From Mobula hypostoma (Eukaryota), in assembly GCF_963921235.1 (NCBI RefSeq), contig NC_086108.1:372001-436000 (forward strand): DNA of 64,000 nucleotides. The letters run 5' to 3'. This document shows, one piece after another, positions 11,513-23,057 of the stretch. The notes under the pieces are model-generated. The model saw only the letters and a list, made by a program, of their open reading frames with translations. It made no database searches and was not told where the DNA came from. A program made the position numbers and the translations under genes. Numbering within the stretch: position 1 is the stretch's first letter; every line of letters begins with the position of its first letter.

Positions 11513-14500
11513 TGTAAGGGAGTTTCGACTTTTATGTTACTGCGGAGGCTAATTAAAATGGGGTCTTTGTTATGTTAATCTGGGGAATGCGGCTTTGTTG
11601 TGTTAAACGCTGAGAAGGTTTGTGCGAGCAGCTTGTTTTATTTTAGAGTGTGATAAGAGAGTGTTTTTAACCAATTGGGATAGTTGTTAGGGGGTTTGGG
11701 GTAGAAGGCGGGAGAACGAGACAGAGGATGGACCAGGTGCTGTGAGTCCGCTAACGGGGTCGGACCCGAGGAGGGCGTTCGGCGAGGAACCATCCATACC
11801 CCCTGACCCCCGTAGCCACAAGGGCCATATCTAACTCCCTCTTAAATATAGCCAATGAACTGGCCTCAACTGTTTCCTGTGGCAGAGAATTCCACAGATT
11901 CACCACTCTCTGTGTGAAGAAGTTTTTCCTAATCTCGGTCCTAAAAGGCTTCCCCTCTATCCTCAAACTGTGGCCCCTCGTTCTGGACTTCCCCAACATC
12001 GGGAACAATCTTCCCGCATCTAGCCTGTCCAATCCCTTTAGGATTTTATACGTTTCAATCAGATCCCCCCTCAATCTTCTAAATTCCAACGAGTACAAGC
12101 CCAGTTCATCCAGTCTTTCTTCATATGAAAGTCCTGCCATCCCAGGAATCAATCTGGTGAACCTTCTTTGTACTCCCTCTATGGCAAGGATGTCTTTCCT
12201 CAGATTAGGGGACCAAAACTGCACACAATACTCCAGGTGTGGTCTCACCAAGGCCTTGTACAACTGCAGTAGTACCTCCCTGCTCCTGTACTCGAATCCT
12301 CTCGCTATAAATGCCAGCATACCATTCGCCTTTTTCACCGCCTACTGTACCTGCATGCCCACTTTCAATGACTGGTGTATAATGACACCCAGGTCTCGTT
12401 GCACCTCCCCTTTTCCGAATAGGCCACCATTCAGATAATAATCTGTTTTCCTATTTTTGCCACCAAAGTGGATAACTTCACATTTATCCACATTAAATTG
12501 CATCTGCCATGAATTTGCCCACTCACCCAACCTATCCAAGTCACCCTGCATGCTCTTAGCATCCTCCTCACAGCTAACACTGCCACCCAGCTTCGTGTCA
12601 TCCGCAAACTTGGAGATGCTGCATTCAATTCCCTCATCCAGGTCATTAATGTATATTGTAAACAACTGGGGTCCCAGCACTGAGCCTTGCGGTACCCCAC
12701 TAGTCACCGCCTGCCATTCTGAAAAGGTCCCGTTTATTCCCATTCTTTGCTTCCTGTCTGCTAACCAATTCTCCACCCACACCAATACCTTACCCCCAAT
12801 ACCGTGTGCTTTAAGTTTGCACACTAATCTCCTGTGTGGGACCTTGTCAAAAGCCTTTTGAAAATCCAAATATACCACATCCACTGGTTCTCCCCTATCC
12901 ACTCTACTAGTTACATCCTCAAAAAATTCTATGAGATTCGTCAGTCGTGATTTTCCTTTCACAAATCCATGCTGACTTTGTCTGATCATTTCACCGCTTT
13001 CCAAATGTGCTGTTATCACATCCTTGATAACTGATTCCAGCAGTTTCCCCACCACCGACGTTAGGCTAATCAGTCTATAATTCCCCGGTTTCTCTCTCCC
13101 TCCTTTTTAAAAAGTGGGGTTACATTAGCTACCCTCCAATCCTCAGGAACTAGTCCAGAATCTAACGAGTTTTGAAAAATTATCACTAATGCATCCACTA
13201 TTTCTTGGGCTACTTCCTTAAGCACTCTAGGATGCAGACCATCTGGCCCTGGGGATTTATCTGCCTTCAATCCCTTCAATTTACCTAACACCACTTCCCT
13301 ACTAACATGTATTTCGCTCAGTTCCTCCATCTCACTGGACCCTCTGTCCCCTACTATTTCTGGAAGATTATTTATGTCCTCCTTAGTGAAGACAGAACCA
13401 AAGTAATTATTCAATTGGTCTGCCATGTCCTTGCTCCCCATAATCAATTCACCTGTTTCTGTCTGCAGGGGACCTACATTTGTCTTTACCAGTCTTTTCC
13501 TTTTTACATATCTATAAAAGCTTTTACAGTCCGTTTTTATGTTCCCTGTCAGTTTTCTCTCATAATCTTTTTTCCCCTTCCTAATTAAGCCCTTTGTCCT
13601 CCTCTGCTGAACTCTGAATTTCTCCCAGTCCTCAGGTGAACCACTTTCTCTGGCTAATTTGTATGCTTCTTCTTTGGAATTGATACTATCCCTAATTTCT
13701 CTTGTCAGCCACGGGTGCACTACCTTCCTTGATTTATTCTTTTGTCAAACTGGGATGAACAATTGTTGTAGTTCATCCATGCAACCTTTAAATGCTTGCC
13801 ATTGCATATCCACCGTCAATCCTTTAAGTGTCATTTGCCAGTCTATCTTAGCTAATTCACGTCTCATACCTTCAAAGTTACCCCTCTTTAAGTTCAGAAC
13901 CTTTGTTTCTGAATTAACTATGTCACTCACCATCTTAATGAAGAATTCCACCATATTATGGTCACTCTTACCCAAGGGGCCTCTCACGTTAAGATTGCTA
14001 ATTAACCCTTCCTCATTGCTCAAAACCCAGTCCAGAATAGCCTGCTCTCCAGTTGGTTCCTTGACATGTTGGTTCAAAAAAGCATCCCGCATACATTCCA
14101 AGAAATCCTCTTCCTCAGCACCTTTACCAATTTGTTTCACCCAATCTACATGTAGATTGAAGTCACCCATTATAACTGCTGTTCCTTTATTGCACACATT
14201 TCTAATTTCCTGTTTAATACCATCTCCGACCTCACTACTACTGTTAGGTGGCCTGTACACAACTCCCACCAGCGTCTTCTGCCCCTTAGTGTTATGCAGC
14301 TCTACCCATATCGATTCCACATCTTCCCGGCTTATTTCCTTCCTTTCTATTGCGTTAATCTCTTCTTTAACCAGCAACGCCACCCCACCTCCCCTTCCTT
14401 CATGTCTATCCCTCCTGAATATTGAATATCCCTGAACGTTGAGCTCCCATCCCTGGTCACCCTGGAGCCATGTCTCTGTGATCCCAACTATATCATAAGA

Positions 14501-14786
14501 AGGTCCTTGAGCTCCAACTGTTTTGTGCATGAAGGGATGGAACTTTGATAAGTGTGGCGCCTTTTATTTTCCTTTTATATTTTATTCTCTCTTAATTGTA
14601 TAGTTCCAGTAACATCTATAAACTGTACATCATTTAATCGTATCCGGTGTATTGTCTGTTATTTGGGCGGGGTGGGGTACATCACACAGCATCCACACAA
14701 ACGAATTACCCAGTTTGGCGGGGCCGAGGCTGTTTCCCTAGACGACAGCGAGCCGAGTGACCCTGAGGGCGGCCTGGGGGGCTACA
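11513..14786. mobile_element. Solo LTR (Gypsy-like), interrupted by a CR1 fragment
   Basis: Termini TGTA(11513)...TACA(14786); 4-bp TSD CACC at 11509-11512 and 14787-14790; LTR pieces about 11513-11790 and 14498-14786. Confidence 0.75.
11793..14497 (-). mobile_element. Young CR1 (family A) ORF2 fragment lacking both 5' end and 3' tail
   Basis: APE plus RT nearly identical to 32772-35570 but with stops and a frameshift; sequence stops at VRGYG without the 3'UTR or (TTTCTATG)n tail. Confidence 0.95.
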
Positions 14787-14790
14787 CACC

Positions 14791-15106
14791 TGTCCAGCGT
14801 CTCCCTCAGTTTTCCCTGAAACTCGCACCATTATTGCTTTGCCGCCGTCCCTGCCAGCATGGCCTTCCAGTTTACTTTGCCCAACTCCTTTCTCATACCA
14901 ATGTAATTTCCTTTACTCTACTAAAATACTGCTACATCAGACTTCACTTTCTCCTTATTAAATTTCAAACTGAACTCAATCACTGGCTGCCTACCTCTGG
15001 TTCATTACATAACACCCAATCCAATATAACTGATCCCCTGGTAGGCTCAATGAAAAACTGCTCTAAAAACCATCTCGTAGGCATTCAACAAACTCACTCT
15101 TGAGAT
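14791..15106 (-). mobile_element. Old CR1 fragment (APE/linker region) that hosts the solo LTR and the ERV 5' LTR
   Basis: Minus strand reads WCEFQGKLRETLDRCIPKTK across the excised LTR, and EFVECLRDGF near 15063-15100. Confidence 0.7.
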
Positions 15107-15876
15107 TGTGGTGGTAATGGTTAAAGCTAGTGTATGATGGGATACTTGACCACTCTGGAGCAGCTCCAACGTAACCTTGGAAGATAAGCACAGTACAAGG
15201 AACTCCAATAAATAAGGTATTAGGCCCCTGGGACCAGGAGAGAGGATGCATCTGGAGGTAAATTATGAGCCCTAATAATGGAATAAAGAGGACTGTTAGA
15301 CTCCTGCTGAGAGACAATTAACATATCTTTTCCACAGTTGATCAGGTAGTGGGATGTTAAGCAAAGTTATGTGAAGTTGTTTTTCTTGCTGTATGAATAT
15401 GAGCACTGCATTATCAAAAAAAGTATGAGCACGTGGCCAAGTGGTTAAGGCATTGGACCAGCTACCTGAAGGTCGTGAGTTCGAGCCCCAGCCGAGGGAA
15501 CGTGTTGTGTCCTTGAGCAAGGCACTTAATCACACATTGCTCTGTGACGACACTAGTGCCAAACTGTATGGGTCCTAATGCCCTTCCCTCGGACAACATT
15601 GGTGTTGTGGAGAGGGGAGACTTGCAGCATGGGCAACTGCTGGTCTTCCATACAACCTCGCCCAGGCCTGCGCCCTGGAGAGTGAAGACTTTCCAGGTGC
15701 AGATCCATGGTCTCGCAAGACTAACGGATGCCTTTAATTATCTAAAAATCAGAATTCTGGTGGTGGTGGAGACTGCTGCAGACTGTCCATGATGTCATGT
15801 TAATGAACTCCTAAAACAAAGCTCAAGTCACTCTTAGTCACACTAACTAACATCCTTAGTTCGTGTTCCCATGGCA
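15107..15876 (+). mobile_element. ERV 5' LTR (contains a SINE insertion)
   Basis: TGTGGTGG...ATGGCA; colinear homology with 19127-19589; followed by a PBS. Confidence 0.85.
15424..15737 (+). mobile_element. tRNA-derived SINE with CORE-like block
   Basis: A box TGGCCAAGTGG, B box GTTCGAGCC, GTGTCCTTGAGCAAGGCACTTAA block; degenerate TSD TTATC(A/T)AAAAA; absent from the 3' LTR. Confidence 0.85.
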
Positions 15877-15881
15877 GAATC

Positions 15882-15899
15882 TGGTGACAAGGATGGGAT
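15882..15899 (+). promoter_or_regulatory. Retroviral primer-binding site, tRNA-Ser(GCT) type
   Basis: TGGTGACAAGGATGGGAT versus TGGCGACGAGGATGGGAT (complement of the vertebrate tRNA-Ser-GCT 3' end, from memory); both mismatches are CpG transitions. Confidence 0.75.
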
Positions 15900-16189
15900 C
15901 TCCGTGAAGCGAGATTTGAAGGAAGGCTAACAAAGAGGGCCACGTTAAATAGGGGACTGCCCTAGCTGAAAGAGGGGTAGGGTCCGAATTACTTTGGAAG
16001 TGCTGTAGCTGAAAGGGGGGTAGTTGCCAGAGACCACCCTGGGAGAAGGGAAGGTAGTCAGTACCCTAGCGTCCGGCCAGTGACTCAGAGTAAGCCAAGA
16101 CACCTGCACAACTGAGGCTGGAAGAAAACTTGAGAAGAAAACAAGCTCGGGCTACAAAATTAAGGAGGGAGGGAATGTCAACTCAGACC

Positions 16190-16312
16190 ATGAGAGGCCT
16201 GCGTCGGGCATTTTCATGCCCTATAAGGCGCAGATTGGAAGTGTGTGGGGCGCCACTCCTCGCACAGAGACTAGAGCAATGTGTGATTAAGTGCCTTGCT
16301 CAAAGACACAAA
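16190..16312 (-). mobile_element. SINE fragment sharing the CORE-like block with 15424-15737
   Basis: AGAGCAATGTGTGATTAAGTGCCTTGCTCAAAGACACA is the reverse complement of the block in the upstream SINE. Confidence 0.7.
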
Positions 16313-16395
16313 GGTTTTAATTTGAGACTAATCCAGCACTGGGTGGACGCCACCCGAAATGGGGATGGCCACTCAAATTGGGATGTTGATTCCCC

Positions 16396-16730
16396 TTGTT
16401 GTTCAATCGTTAAGTCGAGTCCAACTCTTCGTCACCTCATGGACTCCTGCACACCAAGCCTTCTTGTTGGAAACTGTCTCTTTAAGATCCCCGAAGGCAT
16501 ATGCATTGTCTGAATAATATTGTCTATCCATCATAGCCTCCGTCGTCCTCTCCTTCTTTTACCTCCTGTTTTACCTAGCGTGAGAGTCTTCTCCAAGAAA
16601 TTCTGTCTTCTCATGAAGTAGTCAAAATATTTGAGTTTTTGTCTCATAATCAAGTCTCCTAGTGAGCAGTCTGGCTGTATTTCTTCGAATAATTGATTTG
16701 TTGGATGTTCTTGCTGTCTAACAAAGTCTT
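16396..16730 (-). mobile_element. RTE/BovB-like LINE 3' end
   Basis: TTGTTGTTCAATCGTTAAGTCGAGTCCAACTCTTCGTCACCTCATGGAC...CGTCGTCCTCTCCTTC resembles the BovB 3' terminus as I recall it. Confidence 0.7.
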
Positions 16731-16739
16731 AAGATACTT

Positions 16740-17400
16740 TAAACGATGGAAGGAGGTGGCTAAAGACACCAACTTCCCAGGGAAAGGGAGAGGAAGCAGC
16801 CTGAAACAGAAAAGGCTGTGCTGAAATGAAGCCTGTCGCAGGACTTTATCCCTGACTCCCCGTACTGGTCAGTGCCCCATCAGCAGCCAACAGTGAAATA
16901 GACGATTTAATAATGATGACGATTGCCTTGGGATGACCTGCACACCCTCCATACAACTCCCCATGCCAAAAGTTCAGCCACCTGACGCCCCCAGGGGAGC
17001 AGACATCACTGTAACGAGAGAAGGGCCTCAGGAAAGAGGAATTGAAGCTGAGGGAACCAAAGGAAATATTAGCAGTATTAGTGATATCCCACACCAAGGA
17101 TTACCAGCTCCTTCTTTAAATCCAGCTTGCAGTTCCCAAAATACAGGTCGGGGTTAGATGGATTCCTCTTCCTAGACATCACCATCGCCTTGCACTTAGT
17201 AGGTTCAAAGATGACATTCCAGTCGTCTGTCCAGCCTTCCATCCTGTCAAGATCCCTATTCAGACCTGCTACCACTGTATGACTCTCTCCTGCTGTAATT
17301 GGTGCAATTAGTGTGGAGTTGTCCGCGTACAGGTATAGCTCGTTACTGCACGCATCAACCAAGTCGTCAGTAAAGATGGAAAGCAGAAGTGGCCCAAGTA
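16740..17400 (-). mobile_element. Divergent CR1-group LINE RT fragment
   Basis: ELYLYADNSTL...LNRDLDRMEGWTDDWNVIFEPTKCKAM...LVILGV. Confidence 0.7.
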
Positions 17401-17899
17401 GTGAACCGTGTGGTACAGATGCGTTGATGGTTGAAGAACCAGAAGCCTGACCAGAGATAACAACTTTGATGGTCCAGCCCTGCAGCCACCCTTCCTGTCC
17501 TTGCTTTTAGTTGGAATATACTTTTGTTGAGCATGGTGAAAAATCTCTTTGGAAGTCTTCTACTGTTCCTCAACTGTCCCACCATATAGCCTGTGTTCTC
17601 AGTCTACACGAGTCAAATCCTCCCTCATCCCTTTGCAGCCTCCATTGTTTAGGTATAGTATACTGGAATTAGACTGAACTATTGCACCCTCCATTTGATG
17701 AGAAATTCTATCATACTGTGATCACTCTTTCGAAGATCACTAATTTTATCTGTCTCATTGCACAGGACCAGATCTAAGATAACATGTTCGCTTGTGGGTT
17801 CAGTAACGTGCTGTTCAAGAAAGCCATCGTGGATGCATTCTATGAAGTTCTCCTCAAGCCTATAATATTTCTGCCAGCGAGTCTGCTTGGAATTGTCTT

Positions 17900-18900
17900 G
17901 ATTCCGTTTGTGTTCAGATCCAGGGCCTAAGAAAAACTGGTCAGCGATTTCCTTGTGTGATACCTCCTCGTGCCCCTAATGCAGTGGTCCAATCAACCCG
18001 ACAATGTGACTAGCAGACAGCATTGGGCAGGTAAAAATTGGACCAACGTTACTGTTCACCATTTTTATAGTGTATGGATGGCAATGGGAATATACGGGGT
18101 GCCCAGGGTAAGCTGGATTTGTAGGTCTAAGGCTTATCCATGGCTCCCTAGGCAATGGGCTGGCTACTGCTATTAGTAAAATTGTCTACCTCTGTTACAA
18201 CTATAGTCCCGCCAATCAACGTTTTTCATGCAGACCACCTACACTTAAGAACTAGACGTGGTCTTTGGATTTCTGCGGGGAATAAGTTTTTGGCAGGATT
18301 ACTCCCCTGGTGGGGTACAGTAAATAATACCCACAGATGAGCCAACCTTTTTGCCTCTGTGGGCCAGATCGTGTATTAATGAGCGGATGGTGGGCCAGAT
18401 AAATGCCATAAAAAACTTGAAATATGGGAATTATCCATTTAAATACATCTAGGTATGTTTTGCCTCAAATTAATGATAGAAAATCATTTGTGCTTAAGAT
18501 TGCCTACCCCTGTAATAGACAATATAGGTTTAGAACTAGACCAGCTGGCCAGTGAGACTATAGAGGGATTTGCCATTCTGAAGCAGGAAATGTTGACCTT
18601 ACAGAACAGAATGGTCCTAGACTATGTACTAGTCAAGGAAGGCGGGGTCTGTGCACTAGTAGGGAAAGAATATTGCACCTACATACCTGGTGCTATGACC
18701 CATGTGTCAGAACATATGAGCCAACTGCAAGATGAGATACACAGACTGGACCCTCAAGCCCCTCCAGAAGGCTGGCATTTCTTTAGGTAGGTTAAATTAG
18801 TGCTAGGAGAAGGAACAGATTCCTGGTTGCAGCCCCTCCTTTTGGGCTCATTGCCCTGATCTGCTTAGCGGTGGTAGTTCATTGTGTCATACGACTATGC
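17900..18900 (+). pseudogene. env: Gamma-type retroviral env remnant (SU C-terminus plus TM)
   Basis: WIC..KAYPWLP..WAGYCY; furin site RTRR; fusion peptide GLWISAGNKFLAGLLPWWG; ISD LQNRMVLDYVLVKEGGVC; degenerate CX6CC (CALVGKEYC); frameshifts and an insertion. Confidence 0.9.
18334..18512. mobile_element. Small hAT-like non-autonomous insertion in env
   Basis: Interrupts the env frame between NNTH and IDNIG; right end TTGCCTACCCCTG resembles a CAGGGGT..GCAA hAT TIR; left end degenerate; no clean TSD. Confidence 0.5.
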
Positions 18901-19126
18901 ATTTTTTGGGTCTGTGCCCCTCCAAGGTCAAAGCCAAAGCCGGCAGAGATGGTAACATTACTCTATGCGCAATCTCACATCGTGGGACGGGGGAAGAAGG
19001 GGATAGTTACTATGAAGAGGAATGTTTAAGAATGCACCCTTATCCAGTGGGTTATGAGCCCCCTTTTCAGAAAGAAGGGACTACGAATATTTAAGTGTTA
19101 ATCAGAAAGATCGACAAGGAGGGATT

Positions 19127-19589
19127 TGTGGTGGAAATAGTTAAAACTAGTGAATGATGGGCTACTTGACCATTCTCGTGCATCTGGACTTAGACTGCTG
19201 ATGCGAGTCAAGAATAGCCTTGAATGATAAGCACAGCACCAGGAATTCAAATCAACAGGATATTGAGCTCCTGGGACCAGGAGAGAGGATGCGTCTGGGG
19301 GTAAATTATGAGTCCTGATAACATGGAATAAAGAGGGACTGTTAGACTGGCGCTGGGAGACAATTGACAAACCTTTTCAACAATTGATCCTGTACTAACT
19401 GTGGGATCTAAACAAAGTTATGTGAAGTTGTTTGTCTTGCTGTATAAATATGAGCTCTGTATAACCAAAAAAAATCAGAGTTCTGGTGGTGGTGGAGACT
19501 GCTGCAGACTCTCCATAATATCATGTTAGTAAACTCTTAAAACAAAACTATTAGCCGCTCTGGTGTTCTTAGTTAGTATTTCCATGACA
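19127..19589 (+). mobile_element. ERV 3' LTR preceded by a polypurine tract
   Basis: PPT AAGGAGGGA 19116-19124, then TGTGGTGG...ATGACA homologous to the 5' LTR. Confidence 0.88.
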
Positions 19590-20302
19590 CAGGCAATGAC
19601 ACAGCCATTCAGGATGACCCTGTGGAAAGTGCTGAGGATTTGAAGACTCATGCCAAACTTCTTCAGCCCTCTGAGGTGAAGGAGACACTGTTATACTTTT
19701 TTCACCACATGGCTGCTATGTAGAGTCCTGGTGAGATCCTTGGTGATGTGTACACCGAGGAGATTGCAATGCTCACCCTCTCGACTACACTGATGTCTGT
19801 TTCCGTTCCTCCTCGAATCCACGATCCTTTTGTCGACACTGAGGAAGAGTCTAAATACTCAAATTAATAATTTTGAGCGTTTTTTCATTGCTGATTGAAA
19901 GAAAATGATAAATACATATTATAAATAATGTATTCTTTTCAGGATTTTCAAATAACTTTATTTTTAAGATACACCTATAATATTATATTTAACATAGAAT
20001 AATACCTATAACCTATTAAACATAAATGTTGAATGTGTTTGAATAATACCAAACAAATCTTAAGCAACTAATGGGAACTAGGTTGTTTGGGGGGCACAGA
20101 AGTAAATAAAAGTCACAAGTGGGTGATGAGCAGGAAACAGTTGACAAGCACTGCTTTATAATGTTTCATCAGGAGACGTTGACTGAGATGGGGGTAATTC
20201 CCATGTGGCTCTTGTGTTTCACCTTCTACATGGAGTGGAAGCAGACAGTGATGCTTTCAGACAAGACAAAGGGAACAACACCTTTGTACACACTGTGAAG
20301 TA

Positions 20303-22509
20303 TGCTGGTGCACGTGCTGTCTCTTCATGACGAAGTCTTTGTCCCTGAGCTTGGTGAGTCCGTTAATCCAATGCCAGGCCATCTTGGCATCAGGGACCAC
20401 CAGGTCCAAGTTCCTCCTGCAGCACTTAAAGACGATGGTAAAGCAGCAGTTGACGGGCATTTGGTTGGCGTACAGCTGCATGCTGACTGACTGGTGACCC
20501 GGCCTCACCTCCTGGATAGAAACATAGAAACATAGAAAATAGGTGCAGGAGTAGGCCATTCGGCCCTTCGAGCCTGCACCGCCATTTATTATGATCATGG
20601 CTGATCATCCAACTCAGAACCCAGCCTTCCCTCCATACCCCCTGACCCCTGTAGCCACAAGGGCCATATCTAACTCCCTCTTAAACATAGCCAATGAACT
20701 GGCCTCAACAGTTTGCTGTGGCAGAGAATTCCACAGATTCACCACTCTCTGTGTGAAGAAGTTTTTCCTAATCTCGGTCCTAAAAGGCTTCCCCTCTATC
20801 CTCAAACTGTGACCCCTCGTTCTGGACCTCCCCAACATCGGGAACAATCTTCCCGCATCTAGCCTATCCAATCCCTTTAGGATCTTATACGTTTCAATCA
20901 GATCCCCCCTCAATCTTCTAAATTCCAACGAGTACAAGCCCAGTTCATCCAGTCTTTCTTCATATGAAAGACCTGCCATCCCAGGAATCAATCTGGTGAA
21001 CCTTCTTTGTACTCCCTCTATGGCAAAGATGTCTTTCCTCAGATTAGGGGACCAAACCTGCACACAATACTCCAGGTGTGGTCTCACCAAGGCCTTGTAC
21101 AACTGCAGTAGTACCTCCCTGCTCCTGTACTCGAATCCTCTCGCTATAAATGCCAGCATACCGTTCGCCTTTTTCACCGCCTGCTGTACCTGCATGCCCA
21201 CTTTCAATGACTGGTGTATAATGACACCCAGGTCTCGTTGCACCTCCCCTTTTCCTAATCGGCCACCATTCAGATAATAATCTGTTTTCCTATTTTTGCC
21301 ACCAAAGTGGATAACTTCACATTTATCCACATTGAATTGCATCTGCCATGAGTTTGCCCACTCACCCAACCTATCCAAGTCACCCTGCATCCTCTTAGCA
21401 TCCTCCTCACTGCTAACTCTGCCACCCAGCTTCGTGTCATCCGCAAACTTGGAGATGCTGCATTTAATTCCCTCATCCAAGTCATTAATATATATTGTAA
21501 ACAACTGGGGTCCCAGCACTGAGCCTTGCGGTACCCCACTAGTCACCGCCTGCCATTCTGAAAAGGTCCCGTTTATTCCCACTCTTTGCTTCCTGTCTGC
21601 TAACCAATTCTCCACCCACACCAATACCTTACCCCCAATACCGTGTGCTTTAAGTTTGCACACTAATCTCCTGTGTGGGACCTTGTCAAAAGCCTTTTGA
21701 AAATCCAAATATACCACATCCACTGGTTCTCCCCTATCCACTCTACTAGTTACATCCTCAAAAAATTCTATGAGATTCGTCAGACATGATTTTCCTTTCA
21801 CAAATCCATGCTGACTTTGTCTGATCATTTCACCGCTTTCCAAATGTGCTGTCATCACATCCTTGATAACTGACTCCAGCAGTTTCCCCACCACCGACGT
21901 TAGGCTAACCGGCCTATAATTCCCCGGTTTCTCTCTCCCTCCTTTTTTAAAAAGTGGGGTTACATTAGCCACCCTCCAATCCTCAGGAACTAGTCCAGAA
22001 TCTAACGAGTTTTGAAAAATTATCACTAATGCATCCACTATTTCTTGGGCTACTTCCTTAAGCACTCTAGGATGCAGACCATCTGGCCCTGGGGATTTAT
22101 CTGCCTTCAATCCCTTCAATTTACCTAACACCACTTCCCTACTAACATGTATTTCACTCAGTTCCTCCATCTCACTGGACCCTCTGTCCCTTACTATTTC
22201 TGGAAGATTATTTATGTCCTCCTTAGTGAAGACAGAACCAAAGTAATTATTCAATTGGTCTGCCATGTCCTTGCTCCCCATAATCAATTCACCTGTTTCT
22301 GTCTGCAGGGGACCTACATTTGTCTTTATCAGTCTTTTCCTTTTTACATATCTATAAAAGCTTTTACAGTCCGTTTTTATGTTCTCTGCCAGTTTTCTCT
22401 CATAATCTTTTTTCCCCTTCCTAATTAAGCCCTTTGTCCTCCTCTGCTGAACTCTGAATTTCTCCCAGTCCTCAGGTGAGCCACTTTCTCTGGATGTTGT
22501 CAATCAGGA
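20303..22509 (-). pseudogene. Phospholipase C delta-like (PLCD1/PLCD3-like) second PH-domain exon, split by CR1 (pieces 22496-22509 and 20303-20517)
   Basis: Rejoined 229-nt exon reads (F)LIDNIQEVRPGHQSVSMQLYANQMPVNCCFTIVFKCCRRNLDLVVPDAKMAWHWINGLTKLRDKDFVMKRQHVHQH, matching the PLC-delta PH C-terminal half. The acceptor reads CG instead of AG, and no GT follows the expected exon end. Confidence 0.9.
20518..22489 (-). mobile_element. Young 5'-truncated CR1 (family A) with open RT frame
   Basis: Uninterrupted ORF2 part (20614-22503), 3'UTR and (TTTCTATG)n tail; CTGGAT duplicated at 20512-20517 and 22490-22495. Confidence 0.97.
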
Positions 22510-23057
22510 CGGCAGTGGGTCAGGGGGTGGGGAGTAACAGAGAGGCAGAGATCAGAACAAAGGATTCAGATACAGATTCATAATCATAGGAGATTCTGCT
22601 GGTGCTGGAAATCCAGAACAACAAACACAAACTGTTATTTAAATATTAATTTAGCAATATAGTGCGGAACAGATCCTTCCGGCCCAGTGAGCCACATCAC
22701 CCAACAACTTACTGACTGACAATTTACAATGACCAATTGAACCTTTCTGAAAGGCAAAGAGTCAACATTTCAAGCCAAGACCCTTCATGAATCCTGATGA
22801 AGTGTCTTGGCCTAAAATTTCAACTCTGTTTTCTCTTCATTGAGATCTGCTTATTGATTGCATTTACATCAAAACAACAGCATAATCAAAGACTCCTCCC
22901 ACCCCAGACATGCACTTTCCCCCTTTCCCATCAAAATCAAAAAAATTGAAAGCATATACAACCCGGCTCAAGATCTGCTTCTGTCCCACTGACATAGTTT
23001 TGGACACCTCCATATTTGGAAGGATGTGGAAGTTTTGGAGAAACTTTTTTTTAGAAA

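Noticed and set aside
11914..14435. Recurrent antisense ORFs (MPPKWITSH..., MYFAQFLH...) in CR1 copies
   Set aside because: Shadow frames repeated only because the CR1 copies are near-identical.
15424..15500. Possible tRNA gene
   Set aside because: A and B boxes are followed by a SINE body, tail and TSD; no proper cloverleaf.
20257..20598. 113-aa ORF as a standalone gene
   Set aside because: It is CR1 3'UTR read-through into the broken PLC exon and then intron.
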